Shown: piece by piece, positions 17,999 through 27,139 of the stretch | Layout of the letters: each line of letters starts with the position of its first letter | How positions within the stretch are numbered: the first letter of the stretch is position 1 | From: a virus | DNA length: 52,756 bases | Reading direction: 5' to 3' (one strand) | IMG/VR virus record: IMGVR_UViG_3300009983_000001 | Location: 1-52,756 of that record | Made by a program: the position numbers and the translations under genes | Notes under the pieces: model-generated | Database searches by the model: none | Told to the model about the DNA's origin: nothing | What the model saw: the letters and a program-made list of their open reading frames with translations, nothing else

Positions 17999-18876
17999 AC
18001 AGCTTCACACAAAAACAACTACGCGTAACGTTGATCTTGACCGGGGCTAATGCGGTATTCCCCGGCACCAATAGCAACACGTTGGTAATCGACAAGCTGC
18101 GCATGACTGCAAAGGTTCAAGCAGTTGCACGTCTCGCCACGCAAGCCGATATACAAATCTACGGCATGCGTCAGGTTGACATGAATGCATTAACTGTCGC
18201 ATGGGCTAACCCTCCGATTGTGTTGGATCATCTTGTAATCTTGGAAGCGAACAACACAGGTAAAGCCGATGGCTGGGTGCAAGTGTTCAAGGGCACTATC
18301 ATTGAAGCACAGCCCGATTACCGTGGGATGCCTGATGTGTCGTTTAGAATTTTGGCGGTTACTGGCTACTTTCAAAAGATCAATCCGGCTGATCCTATTT
18401 CATACCCCAATGAAGTAGATATCGGCACGGTCATTCAAGACATGGTTGCAATCATGGGTGACCCTTGGACATTGGCGATTGGTGATGGTGTCGAGGGTGT
18501 TCTATCGAACCCATATTTTTCGGGGACGATGTGGGATCAACTTGCACAAGCGTGCGCCGCAGCGAATTGCGATTTTTACATTCAAGGCGATCAAATTTTG
18601 GTTACTGCCGCCGGTCGTGCGCGTGGCTCCGAACCTGCTGTCGTGCTCACGCCTACTTCGGGCCTCGTGGGGTATCCAATGTTTGAGCGGTCAGGGCTGG
18701 CAGTTACAGCACTATTCGACCCTGCGTTTCTATGCGGCTACGCGTTGCAGATTGAAAGCAACGTGCCAAACGCGACCGGCCGTTGGTATCCGTACTCAAT
18801 CTTTCACACCCTTGAAAGCAACATGCCTCGGGGCTCATGGTTCTCTCAATTGCAGTGTTTGCGGGTACTCGTGTAA
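17995..18876 (+). CDS. Baseplate hub-like protein
   Basis: 293 aa, positioned before the spike/gp25-like/J-like genes. Confidence 0.55.
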   Translation: MNSFTQKQLRVTLILTGANAVFPGTNSNTLVIDKLRMTAKVQAVARLATQADIQIYGMRQVDMNALTVAWANPPIVLDHLVILEANNTGKADGWVQVFKGTIIEAQPDYRGMPDVSFRILAVTGYFQKINPADPISYPNEVDIGTVIQDMVAIMGDPWTLAIGDGVEGVLSNPYFSGTMWDQLAQACAAANCDFYIQGDQILVTAAGRARGSEPAVVLTPTSGLVGYPMFERSGLAVTALFDPAFLCGYALQIESNVPNATGRWYPYSIFHTLESNMPRGSWFSQLQCLRVLV

Positions 18877-19514
18877 TGGCCGTCTCAAATCAAACGCCGC
18901 CGAACGTTGCAAGCGATTACGCGCTGACTGCGTTTATCGTGAATCAACTCATGTCGGGCATGGCTACCGCAACCATCGTCAAGGTCGTGAAATGCACCAA
19001 CGCTGGGGGCGTCGCGGCGTCGGGGCTCGTGGATGTTCAGCCCCTCGTCAACATGATGACCGGCGATCGTACTGCGGTGCCTCATGGCGTGCTTTACTCA
19101 CTGCCTTACAGCCGTTTACAGGGTGGCGCTAATGCAGTCATTTTGGACCCCCAGCCGGGTGACCTTGGCATTGCTGTGTTTGCCTCGCGCGATATCAGTG
19201 CGGTGAAAAAAACCAAGGGGCAAGCAAACCCCGGCAGCTCACGTCAGTACAATTTGGCCGACGGCATGTATATCGGCGGTCTGCTTAATGGCGTGCCTAC
19301 CCAATACGTGCAGTTCAGCACTGAGGGGGTCACCGTGGTGTCACCCACGGCGATCAAGCTGCAAGCCCCTACGATCACCCTAGACGGCGACGTCGTGGGC
19401 ACAGCGGGCGCAGTATTCGCTGACGACGTTCTCGCGGATGGGATAAGCGTAGCGACGCACACCCACGGTGGGGTAGCATCCGGCGGAAGCAACACGGCAC
19501 CGCCCAACCCATGA
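18876..19514 (+). CDS. Baseplate spike protein (P2 gpV / Mu gp45-like, tentative)
   Basis: ATG at 18876 overlaps the TAA. 212 aa. Synteny and size only. Confidence 0.6.
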   Translation: MAVSNQTPPNVASDYALTAFIVNQLMSGMATATIVKVVKCTNAGGVAASGLVDVQPLVNMMTGDRTAVPHGVLYSLPYSRLQGGANAVILDPQPGDLGIAVFASRDISAVKKTKGQANPGSSRQYNLADGMYIGGLLNGVPTQYVQFSTEGVTVVSPTAIKLQAPTITLDGDVVGTAGAVFADDVLADGISVATHTHGGVASGGSNTAPPNP

Positions 19515-19864
19515 AAACCCTATTACTCGACTTGACAAATTGGGATTTGCTGACGGATGCCGCCGGCAACATCGCGTTTGCCGAGGCTCCCTACGAGTTC
19601 GCGCAGGATGTAGCCAGCGCGTTGCGCACTTTTCTCGGCGAAGTGTGGTACGACACATCGCTCGGAATCCCCTACTTCCAACAGATACTCGGCGACACGC
19701 CGCCGGTCACTGTGTTTCAAGAGTACATGCAAGGCGCGGCGTTGACAGTGCCCGGTGTGGTCTCAGCAGAGTGTACAATCCAAGCCTTTCAAGACCGCCG
19801 CGTAAGCGGGCAGGTTACTTTTACCACTGACAACGGGCAAACCCTGACGGTAGCGCTGCAATGA
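19511..19864 (+). CDS. Baseplate wedge protein (gp25/W-like, tentative)
   Basis: 117 aa, ATGA-coupled, immediately upstream of the J-like gene. Confidence 0.55.
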   Translation: MKTLLLDLTNWDLLTDAAGNIAFAEAPYEFAQDVASALRTFLGEVWYDTSLGIPYFQQILGDTPPVTVFQEYMQGAALTVPGVVSAECTIQAFQDRRVSGQVTFTTDNGQTLTVALQ

Positions 19865-21078
19865 CTACGAACGTTCCCGCTGTTGTGTTTACGCCCGAAG
19901 GGCTCGAAGTCCCGCAAGAGGCCGCCATTCTGGCCGGCGTCCAGCAAGACTACAACGAAGCCTTTGGCGGCAATCTCAACCCGGCATTGAACACGCCCCA
20001 AGGTCAACTTGCATCAAGCACTGCCGCAATCGTGGCTGATGCAAATGCGGTGTTTGCCGAGTTCGTCAACCAAGTGGACCCGGACACCGCTGACGGGTTC
20101 ATGCAAGATGCCATTGCGCGCATTTACTTCCTAGATCGTTCGCCCGGCGTGCCCACCGTGGTTGCCTGCCAATGTATCGGTAATTTCGGCACAATCATCC
20201 CTGTAGGCGCACAAGCCCAAGATACAAGCGGTAACCGTTATGTGTGCATTGACGGGGGTCAGATACCTGTTTCAGGCAACATCACCTTAAGTTTTGCTAA
20301 CGTAGTCGACGGCCCCATTCCATGCCCTGCGAATACGCTCAACATTATTTACCGTGCCATTCCCGGTTGGGACTCCATCAACAACTCAGCGCCCGGTGTG
20401 TTGGGGCGTCTTGTTGAATCTCGTGCTGAGTTTGAGTTCCGTCGCTACAACAGCGTCGCATTGAATGCGCACGGTTCTAAGGAAGCGATTTACGGCGCAG
20501 TGTTCAACGTCGACAACGTGCTTGATGTGTTCGTGACTGAGAACGTTACTGACGTGGTCGTCAACTACGGCGCAACTAACTACCCGCTTGCACCGCATTC
20601 GGTTTACGTGGGTGTTGTTGGTGGCGAAGGCCAAGACATCGGCGACGCGATCTATACGAAAAAGGATTTGGGTTGCAACATGAACGGCAACACAACAGTT
20701 GTGGTCTCTGATACGAGTTATACGCCGCCTTACCCACAATACAACATCACGTTCAATCGGCCGACGCCTTTGCCGATCTACTTTCGCGTAGAACTGACCG
20801 ATAGCGCCTCGTTACCATCCAACATTGATGCGCTCGTCAAGGCCGCCATTGTTGCGGCGTTTAACGGCCTCGATGAAAGCTCGGCGCGCATTCGCATTGG
20901 CGGGTTGATTCTTGCGTCAAAATTCGTAGGCCCGGTGTCGCGCATCGGTCCTGAAGTTTCTATCTTGTCGATTTTGATCGGCACGAGTGGCCCCGGCGCA
21001 TTGAACTCAATCACTGCCGGCATTGATCAAGCGCCGACCGTTGATCCTGCAAATATCTTGGTTGTACTCACTCCATGA
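19861..21078 (+). CDS. Baseplate J-like protein
   Basis: 405 aa. N-terminal region with ...DPDTADGFMQDAIARIYFLDR typical of baseplate J family members. Confidence 0.7.
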   Translation: MTTNVPAVVFTPEGLEVPQEAAILAGVQQDYNEAFGGNLNPALNTPQGQLASSTAAIVADANAVFAEFVNQVDPDTADGFMQDAIARIYFLDRSPGVPTVVACQCIGNFGTIIPVGAQAQDTSGNRYVCIDGGQIPVSGNITLSFANVVDGPIPCPANTLNIIYRAIPGWDSINNSAPGVLGRLVESRAEFEFRRYNSVALNAHGSKEAIYGAVFNVDNVLDVFVTENVTDVVVNYGATNYPLAPHSVYVGVVGGEGQDIGDAIYTKKDLGCNMNGNTTVVVSDTSYTPPYPQYNITFNRPTPLPIYFRVELTDSASLPSNIDALVKAAIVAAFNGLDESSARIRIGGLILASKFVGPVSRIGPEVSILSILIGTSGPGALNSITAGIDQAPTVDPANILVVLTP

Positions 21079-21725
21079 TAGACGTAGAACGCACCATTAT
21101 TTCGCAGTACGCCAACTCGCCGACGTTGGTGCAACTCGTTCAAAACATGAATGAGTATATTGATCCGCGTGCAAACATGGCTGCGTTCTATAACGCTGTG
21201 TGGAACGTCAACACGGCAGTAGGTTTCGGTCTTGATATATGGGGTCGCATCGTGGGGGTGTCGCGCTTACTGCAAATCCCCGGCGCGGACCCTATCGTCG
21301 GTTTCGATAACGCGAGCAATCCCGACGACTGGACGCCCATGTCGTACGGCCGGTTTGCACGCGAGAACGAAGTCACTACGAGCTACGAATTGCCGGACGA
21401 TGCCTACCGTGTGTTGATCTTGGTTAAGGCGTTGGCAAATATCACATCGACGACTGCGCCGGGCATCAATCAGTTATTGCGCAATCTCTTCCCCAACCGG
21501 GGCCGCGCCTTCGTGCGTGACCTCGGCAATATGGCGATGGAGTTCGTTTTTAATTTTGCACTAACTCCCGTGGAGTTCGCTATTCTCACGCAATCGAATG
21601 CCATGCCGCACCCTGCGGGCGTGTTCTATTCGGTTACTGTGATTCCTCTTAACTCGTTCTTTGGGTTCCAAGGTTACGGCGGCGCGCTACCGTTCAATTT
21701 CGGCGTGTTTTATACGAGGCCATAA
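21075..21725 (+). CDS. Baseplate/tail protein (DUF2612-like, tentative)
   Basis: 216 aa between the J-like gene and the fibre genes. Confidence 0.55.
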   Translation: MIDVERTIISQYANSPTLVQLVQNMNEYIDPRANMAAFYNAVWNVNTAVGFGLDIWGRIVGVSRLLQIPGADPIVGFDNASNPDDWTPMSYGRFARENEVTTSYELPDDAYRVLILVKALANITSTTAPGINQLLRNLFPNRGRAFVRDLGNMAMEFVFNFALTPVEFAILTQSNAMPHPAGVFYSVTVIPLNSFFGFQGYGGALPFNFGVFYTRP

Positions 21726-21726
21726 A

Positions 21727-22863
21727 ATGGGCGCACCTACTCCCGAGTTTATCCCCGAAGCGTTTGCAATCAGCGCCGCGCCGGGCTTTCGCAACACCAT
21801 ACCCGCTGCGCCGGTTACGACGCAGCGCGCGTCGTTCGACCTTGGCTTCCCGCCGCTGACAATGACGCCTGTTGTTGCAGGCGGCAAGCCAATGCTAGGC
21901 CCGGATATGAACGGCATTCTGTACATGATCACAACGCATACGGTCTATGCGCAAAGTGGCGAGCCTTACAAATACAGCGCCGATGTCGTGGTTGCAATTG
22001 GTGGCTACGCTGTGGGCACGATATTGGGCTCGACCGATGGTTTAACCGTTTGGTACAACTTAACTGCCGGCAATACTGACGACCCCGACGACCCTGCAAG
22101 CGTTGGTTGGGTGCCGTTGTATTCCTACGGTTCAACTGCAATTACCGGGTTGACTGGTGGCGTTCGAGTCTTAACGCCGCAAGAGGCTGCAAAAGGCATC
22201 CTTGTTTTAAGTGGTGCGTTGATTGGTAACCAGCAAGTCGTACTGCCCAACAACATACAAGAATGGCTTGTTATCAACAATTGCACGGGTTCGTTTACCG
22301 TCACAGTGAAAACGGCGGCCGGAACGGGCGTAACGATACCTGCCGGCGGCTTCGCATCACCCACGGGAGTATATGGTGATGCGACAAACATTAATCTGAC
22401 GTATTCGCCGGCAGCACTGCCGATTGATGTGCTACCAACTGCGGATACTATCGCAAAGCGTGACAATCTTGGCTATTTGTACGCGAGTACGATCGCCGGT
22501 GCGACAGACAACACCACGCGTGTTGCAACAACTGCGTTTACGCAGGCTGTGGGTACGAACGCTACAGCGAACGCGTTATTGCAAATGTTGGGCAGCGTTT
22601 TGCAATCATGGCAAGACGTGACCGGTTCACGAGCCGGATTCACCAATTACGTGAATTCTACAGGCCGACCGATAGCAGTTTCGGTGCAATATCATATCTT
22701 TGCGAATGGTGGCGCATTCTTATACGTCAACGGCCTCATGGTGTCCCGAGGTATCGCCAATGACGCTGATGATGGGACGCTGTTTACAATTGTTCCGGCT
22801 GGCGCTGTATATCAAGCGCAGTTCAGCGGGTCCGGCATAGCCTCGTGGGTGGAGTTACGTTAA
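21727..22863 (+). CDS. Tail fibre protein 1
   Basis: ATG at 21727. N-terminal motif ASFDLGFPPLTMT..GGKP..GPDMNGILYMIT shared with 22863-23585. Confidence 0.7.
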   Translation: MGAPTPEFIPEAFAISAAPGFRNTIPAAPVTTQRASFDLGFPPLTMTPVVAGGKPMLGPDMNGILYMITTHTVYAQSGEPYKYSADVVVAIGGYAVGTILGSTDGLTVWYNLTAGNTDDPDDPASVGWVPLYSYGSTAITGLTGGVRVLTPQEAAKGILVLSGALIGNQQVVLPNNIQEWLVINNCTGSFTVTVKTAAGTGVTIPAGGFASPTGVYGDATNINLTYSPAALPIDVLPTADTIAKRDNLGYLYASTIAGATDNTTRVATTAFTQAVGTNATANALLQMLGSVLQSWQDVTGSRAGFTNYVNSTGRPIAVSVQYHIFANGGAFLYVNGLMVSRGIANDADDGTLFTIVPAGAVYQAQFSGSGIASWVELR

Positions 22864-23585
22864 TGTCTACACCATTTCCCCCAAGTTTAGTGCAAGCGTT
22901 CGCCGCCGTTGGCGATGCGAACGTTATACCTATAACGCCTTCGCCAACACCGGGCGCGGCATCGTTTGATCTTGGCTTCCCGCCTGCGACCATGACGGAC
23001 CCGACAGCCGGCGGCATTCCGCCGGACGGCAAAGACATGAACGGTATCCTAAAGATGATATCGGCGCACATCGCGTGGATGGCTGCCGGAGGCTGCTACA
23101 AATTCAACGCCGACGTTGTCAGCGTGGCCGGCGGTTATGGTATCGGGCAGATTGTGCAAAGCGCAGTAACGCCCGAGTTGTTCTTTATCAACTTCGCTGC
23201 TAACAACACCAACGACCCCGACAGCGTTATAACTGGCTGGTATGCCTACAGCCCTGTAGGAGGCGCGGTAGGCGCACAGACTGCAGTATTGCCTCCGGGC
23301 GTGTCGAGTGATTTCGCGCTTGATCGCGGTATTGGTTTCCTAGAGTGTAACCCCACCACGGGAGCTGCGGATCTAACCGGCATATCACACACCAATGTCA
23401 CCAATGGGCAACAGGTCATCATCACCAATTTGAATGGTGCGAATCTGCTTACATTAAAAGCGAACGACGGTAGTTCGTTGCCGGCCAATCGATTTAGATT
23501 GATCGCCGACATCACTTTGCCGCAATATGCAAACCTCACTTTGAAATACTCGTCGGCCATCGGCGTATGGGTGCCAGTGTCATGA
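22863..23585 (+). CDS. Tail fibre protein 2 (short)
   Basis: ATG at 22863 overlaps the TAA. N-terminus ASFDLGFPPATMT..GGIP..GKDMNGILKMIS is paralogous to fibre 1. Confidence 0.65.
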   Translation: MSTPFPPSLVQAFAAVGDANVIPITPSPTPGAASFDLGFPPATMTDPTAGGIPPDGKDMNGILKMISAHIAWMAAGGCYKFNADVVSVAGGYGIGQIVQSAVTPELFFINFAANNTNDPDSVITGWYAYSPVGGAVGAQTAVLPPGVSSDFALDRGIGFLECNPTTGAADLTGISHTNVTNGQQVIITNLNGANLLTLKANDGSSLPANRFRLIADITLPQYANLTLKYSSAIGVWVPVS

Positions 23586-26359
23586 AAAAGATTTACGCGT
23601 TTATCGGTTCATTACTTTTCAGCGTTGCGGCGCTGGGTGCGACGTTTCAATATTTCAATCCTGCCGCCGGCATCCTAAAAGGCAACCCGTCTACCTACGT
23701 TACAACGGCGGCCGTATCTTCGGACATCCTCGCAACGTTCAGCGGCACATGTAACAGCACAACGTTTATGCGTGGCGATGGTAGTTGCCAGACGCCACCC
23801 GGCGCAGGCGGCGGCACTGTCAACAGCGTGGCGTTGTCGGCTCCGTCAGTATTCAGCGTAACAGGCTCGCCGATCACCAACACCGGCACTCTTACGCTTA
23901 ACTTCGCGACAGGGCAAACGGCTAACTCCTTCCTTGCTACGCCAGACGGCACCACAGGTGCGTTATCGCTTCGCACAATCGTCAATGGTGACTTACCCAC
24001 GGTCGATGCTGCGCATGGCGGCACTGGTGTTGCCACGTTGACAGGGATTGCCAAGGGCAACGGCACGAGCGCGTTTACTGCGGCGGCCTCGTCTGATGTT
24101 ATCGCCACATGGACGGGCACTTGTAGCTCGTCAACGTTCTTGCGCGGCGATGGTAGTTGCCAGACGCCTGCTACAGGCACTGGCACCGTCACTAGCGTTG
24201 CGCTGACGGTTCCGTCAGGCTTTAGCGTTACCGGCTCGCCGGTCACAACCTCGGGCACTCTTGCGATATCCGGCACGCTCAACCCTGCGGCGGGCGGCAC
24301 TGGTGTTGCCACGTTGACAGGTATTGCGAAAGGTAACGGCACGAGCGCGTTTACTGCGGCGGCCTCGGGCGATGTTACCGGCTTGTGGGGCGGCACTTGT
24401 AACTCAGGCACTTACTTACGTGGAGATGGCACTTGCCAGACGCCACCAACCGGCGGCACGTCAGCGAATCCTACCGCCACTATCGGCTTGACAGCAGTTA
24501 ACGGTAGCGCAGGCACGTTCCTGCGTAGTGACGGCGCTCCTGCATTGGATCAGGGCATTGCACCTACGTGGACCGGTAGTCATATATTTGCAGCTAGTAG
24601 CGGCGTTCCCCTTACTATAAATTCTCCTGCTTCCGGTAACATCGCGCTCGTTGCTAACGGAGTGTCAGGCTCTCCCGTAGCGCAATTCAGAGGCGCTTCC
24701 TCAGCAGGGGGGACCATTCAACTTCGCGATGGAAACACCGGTAATCAGCTATGGAATCTATCGTCTGGTGGTACCTCTACCGGATTGTTCTCGTTACGGG
24801 ATGGTACTCGTGGCGCGGATGTACTTACGGCGAACACGACGGGCAACGTTATAGTCAACGCTCCTACTAGTGGGCAGGCTCTTACAGTCAACGGGTTTAG
24901 TGGTACGGACATTGCTAGATTTTCCGGGGCTAATCAAGGTGTCAACACCATTAGCTCCGGCGCATCTGCACCGGCATTCTTCACTCCAAGTGGGCAAGAT
25001 CAATGGCGCATCGGTGCTGGTTCTGTAAATGTCAATGATTTTGGTATTTACAACGTCACCCGCAGCAAATCGGTAGTTGAGATATCTGGGGGCGCAAGCG
25101 GCGGAAATGTAACGATCAATGCGCCGAGCAGCGGAACCGCACTGCTTGTCAATCAGTCGGGTTCAACCGAGGGACTCACGATACAGGCAAGCGGTGGTGG
25201 ATCGGCGGCACTACGCTTGATTGACAATCAAACCGGCACCCGTTCGTGGTACATGCTAAATGGCAGTTTAGCTCCAGGTGTTTTGTCTTTTTATGATGCC
25301 ACAGCCGTAGCGCATCGCCTTCAGATTTCTACTGCGGGAAACGTCACGATCAACGCTCCGAGTAGCGGCATCTCGTTCTCAACTACAGGTTCTAGCGGAT
25401 CAGGGTTGGCACGGTTCACATCAGGAAATAACGGGGCTAGTGGCGCAGAAGATGTAGCCGTGTACCGCGCTGGGTCAACTGCGAACCAGATTCAGCAAGG
25501 TCCTAATATCACATTGTTCGACAGTACGAACACTACCGTATCCACGATGCAGCAATCCGGCGGCCAGACTGAGTTTTGGCAATATAACGGGGGTTGGAAT
25601 CAGTGGATGAGGGTGTCGTCAGGCCGTAACGTCACTATAAACACCCCCAGCTCTAGTACAGAAGCTCTTACTGTCAATGGGGCAGCTAGTGCATACACTC
25701 AACGAATTAATGCAAATACCGGGACGGGGACGTCATTCGGGTTGGTGGTTAACGGCGGCACTAATTCATCAGATAATGCCTTCTATGTACGAAACGCTTC
25801 AGGGAGCACTGACTTATTCCGAATAAGCGGTACTGGTGCTTATTTTGTAGGAACGAGTGGGGCGGGCACGTCCGGTCAGGTCTTAACATCGGGCGGCAGC
25901 GGCGCGGCACCGAGTTGGACTACGTTGGGAGTTATTAATTCCGCCGTGACTTTTACAGCAACGTTGACGGGAATGACTTCTACAACTACAGGACAAATGG
26001 CCTATTCTAAGTCAGGAAATATTGTTTGCCTATCGAACTCTGTGGTAGGAGGCATAATTGGGACTTCTAACAGCACCTCATTCACAATAACAGGGGTGCC
26101 CGCTGCGGCATCTCCTAATTCTGTGGCTGCAGATGGTACAACCTATGTGATTGATAACGGCGTACAAATACAGGTTCAATTTAGAGTTAGCACTAGCGGA
26201 ACCATAACTTTTTACACAAATAAACCAAGTTCATCTACGGGGCCTATTGTCCAAAGCAGTACCGGATTCACTGCAAGTGGAAATAAAGGGTTAGGGGATG
26301 GGGGCACATCCGTAATCGGATCTACTAGCAACGCGAATATGTGTTATTCACTGAACTAA
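23582..26359 (+). CDS. Long tail fibre / receptor-binding protein with internal repeats
   Basis: 925 aa, ATGA-coupled. Three C..(F/Y)(M/L)RGDG(S/T)CQTP units, four NV(T/I)(I/V)N(A/T)P.S modules, Gly/Ser/Thr-rich. Confidence 0.8.
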   Translation: MKKIYAFIGSLLFSVAALGATFQYFNPAAGILKGNPSTYVTTAAVSSDILATFSGTCNSTTFMRGDGSCQTPPGAGGGTVNSVALSAPSVFSVTGSPITNTGTLTLNFATGQTANSFLATPDGTTGALSLRTIVNGDLPTVDAAHGGTGVATLTGIAKGNGTSAFTAAASSDVIATWTGTCSSSTFLRGDGSCQTPATGTGTVTSVALTVPSGFSVTGSPVTTSGTLAISGTLNPAAGGTGVATLTGIAKGNGTSAFTAAASGDVTGLWGGTCNSGTYLRGDGTCQTPPTGGTSANPTATIGLTAVNGSAGTFLRSDGAPALDQGIAPTWTGSHIFAASSGVPLTINSPASGNIALVANGVSGSPVAQFRGASSAGGTIQLRDGNTGNQLWNLSSGGTSTGLFSLRDGTRGADVLTANTTGNVIVNAPTSGQALTVNGFSGTDIARFSGANQGVNTISSGASAPAFFTPSGQDQWRIGAGSVNVNDFGIYNVTRSKSVVEISGGASGGNVTINAPSSGTALLVNQSGSTEGLTIQASGGGSAALRLIDNQTGTRSWYMLNGSLAPGVLSFYDATAVAHRLQISTAGNVTINAPSSGISFSTTGSSGSGLARFTSGNNGASGAEDVAVYRAGSTANQIQQGPNITLFDSTNTTVSTMQQSGGQTEFWQYNGGWNQWMRVSSGRNVTINTPSSSTEALTVNGAASAYTQRINANTGTGTSFGLVVNGGTNSSDNAFYVRNASGSTDLFRISGTGAYFVGTSGAGTSGQVLTSGGSGAAPSWTTLGVINSAVTFTATLTGMTSTTTGQMAYSKSGNIVCLSNSVVGGIIGTSNSTSFTITGVPAAASPNSVAADGTTYVIDNGVQIQVQFRVSTSGTITFYTNKPSSSTGPIVQSSTGFTASGNKGLGDGGTSVIGSTSNANMCYSLN
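24017..24091 (+). repeat. Direct repeat copy 1 inside the fibre gene (near-identical to 24293-24367)
   Basis: ggcggcactggtgttgccacgttgacagg.attgc.aa.gg.aacggcacgagcgcgtttactgcggcggcctcg recurs with a 276-nt period. Confidence 0.85.
24203..24218. repeat. Perfect CTGACG-N4-CGTCAG palindrome inside the fibre coding sequence
   Basis: CTGACGGTTCCGTCAG, read as L-T-V-P-S-G. Function there is uncertain. Confidence 0.5.
24293..24367 (+). repeat. Direct repeat copy 2 inside the fibre gene
   Basis: See 24017-24091. Encodes GGTGVATLTGIAKGNGTSAFTAAAS in both copies. Confidence 0.85.
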
Positions 26360-26429
26360 GTAAATCTGTCAATTCGTGACGTGCAGCACACTTTAATTTT
26401 GTTAATGGTTTGGAGAATGGGCGCGCTTT

Positions 26430-26657
26430 ATGGAAAACGATAACATTCAATTCATGTTAGGAGAGCTTACAGCGAGCGTTCGATCGCTTTCATCCCGCAT
26501 CGGTGGGTTGGAATCGTCTGTTGCTGTCTTAAATGATCACATGAATCAGAACAAAGGCGGCATGAAAGTCTTGCTTGCGTTGTGTTCAGGATCGGCCACA
26601 ATCGGCGGCACCGTGGTCGCGGTCGCACAGTGGGCTTTATCTCACATGCACGGTTGA
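26430..26657 (+). CDS. Coiled-coil protein with C-terminal transmembrane helix (holin or lysis-regulator candidate)
   Basis: 75 aa with hydrophobic segment VLLALCSGSATIGGTVVAVAQWAL. First gene after the fibre and directly upstream of the peptidase-like gene. Confidence 0.5.
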   Translation: MENDNIQFMLGELTASVRSLSSRIGGLESSVAVLNDHMNQNKGGMKVLLALCSGSATIGGTVVAVAQWALSHMHG

Positions 26658-26659
26658 CC

Positions 26660-27139
26660 ATGAACATCGTTTTAATCCGTGACACGTTTACTGAGTTCGA
26701 GACGTTGGGCCTCGTCACGATAGGCACACAGCGTTTCCACACGATCGAACGCCCTTGGGTCGCCGGCAATGATCCGGGCGAAGATGGCGGCGAGCCCGGC
26801 AAGTCATGCGTTCCCGCAGGAACCTACGAACTTGTGCTGCATGATACCCCTGCACATCCACATTCGTTCGCGTTGGTGAATCGCGAGCTTGACGTGACAC
26901 ACTGGCCGGTGCCGGGGTTCCGTTCGGCGGTGTTGATTCATAGCGCCAACTGGGCCTACCAGCTCAAAGGTTGCATTGCATTAGGCTTAGGGCGAGTACA
27001 GGACCCACAGCCCGGCCGCTGCGCGTGGCGCATTACAAGCTCGCTGGCAGCCATCACGCAATTTAACCGTCTTGTTCCGTGGGAGTTAGGGCATACTCTC
27101 ACCATCCAATGCGCAACCCCACCGGAGCCTACACCATGA
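26660..27139 (+). CDS. Putative cell-wall peptidase / endolysin candidate (YkuD- or DUF5675-like His...Gly-Cys motif)
   Basis: ATG at 26660 (M27 of ORF 26582-27139). LIHSANWAYQLKGCIALG resembles the L,D-transpeptidase-fold catalytic H...GC motif. Flanked by membrane proteins. Confidence 0.5.
   Translation: MNIVLIRDTFTEFETLGLVTIGTQRFHTIERPWVAGNDPGEDGGEPGKSCVPAGTYELVLHDTPAHPHSFALVNRELDVTHWPVPGFRSAVLIHSANWAYQLKGCIALGLGRVQDPQPGRCAWRITSSLAAITQFNRLVPWELGHTLTIQCATPPEPTP

Noticed and set aside
18446-19132. 228-aa plus-strand ORF overlapping two baseplate genes
   Set aside because: It is out of frame with the ATGA/TAATG-coupled genes 17995-18876 and 18876-19514, and its Arg/Cys-rich product is implausible.
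20549-20564. 15/16 matches to the palindrome inside coding regions (20549, 28717, 45326, 46720)
   Set aside because: One-mismatch hits within GC-rich genes rich in GAC/GTC codons are much more likely by chance and have no promoter context. I did not count them as operators.
23695-24411. 238-aa minus-strand ORF
   Set aside because: It is antisense to the repetitive Gly/Thr-rich tail-fibre segment and mirrors the fibre repeats, so it is not an independent gene.
23771-24427. RGD tripeptides as integrin-binding (eukaryote-directed) motifs
   Set aside because: The RGD sits within (F/Y)(M/L)RGDG(S/T)C, which by my recollection is a common structural motif of phage fibre proteins. Nothing in the context supports an adhesion role.
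23582-26359. Diversity-generating retroelement or invertase-driven fibre variation
   Set aside because: There is no reverse transcriptase, no template/variable repeat pair with A-specific differences, and no invertase or inverted crossover sites nearby.
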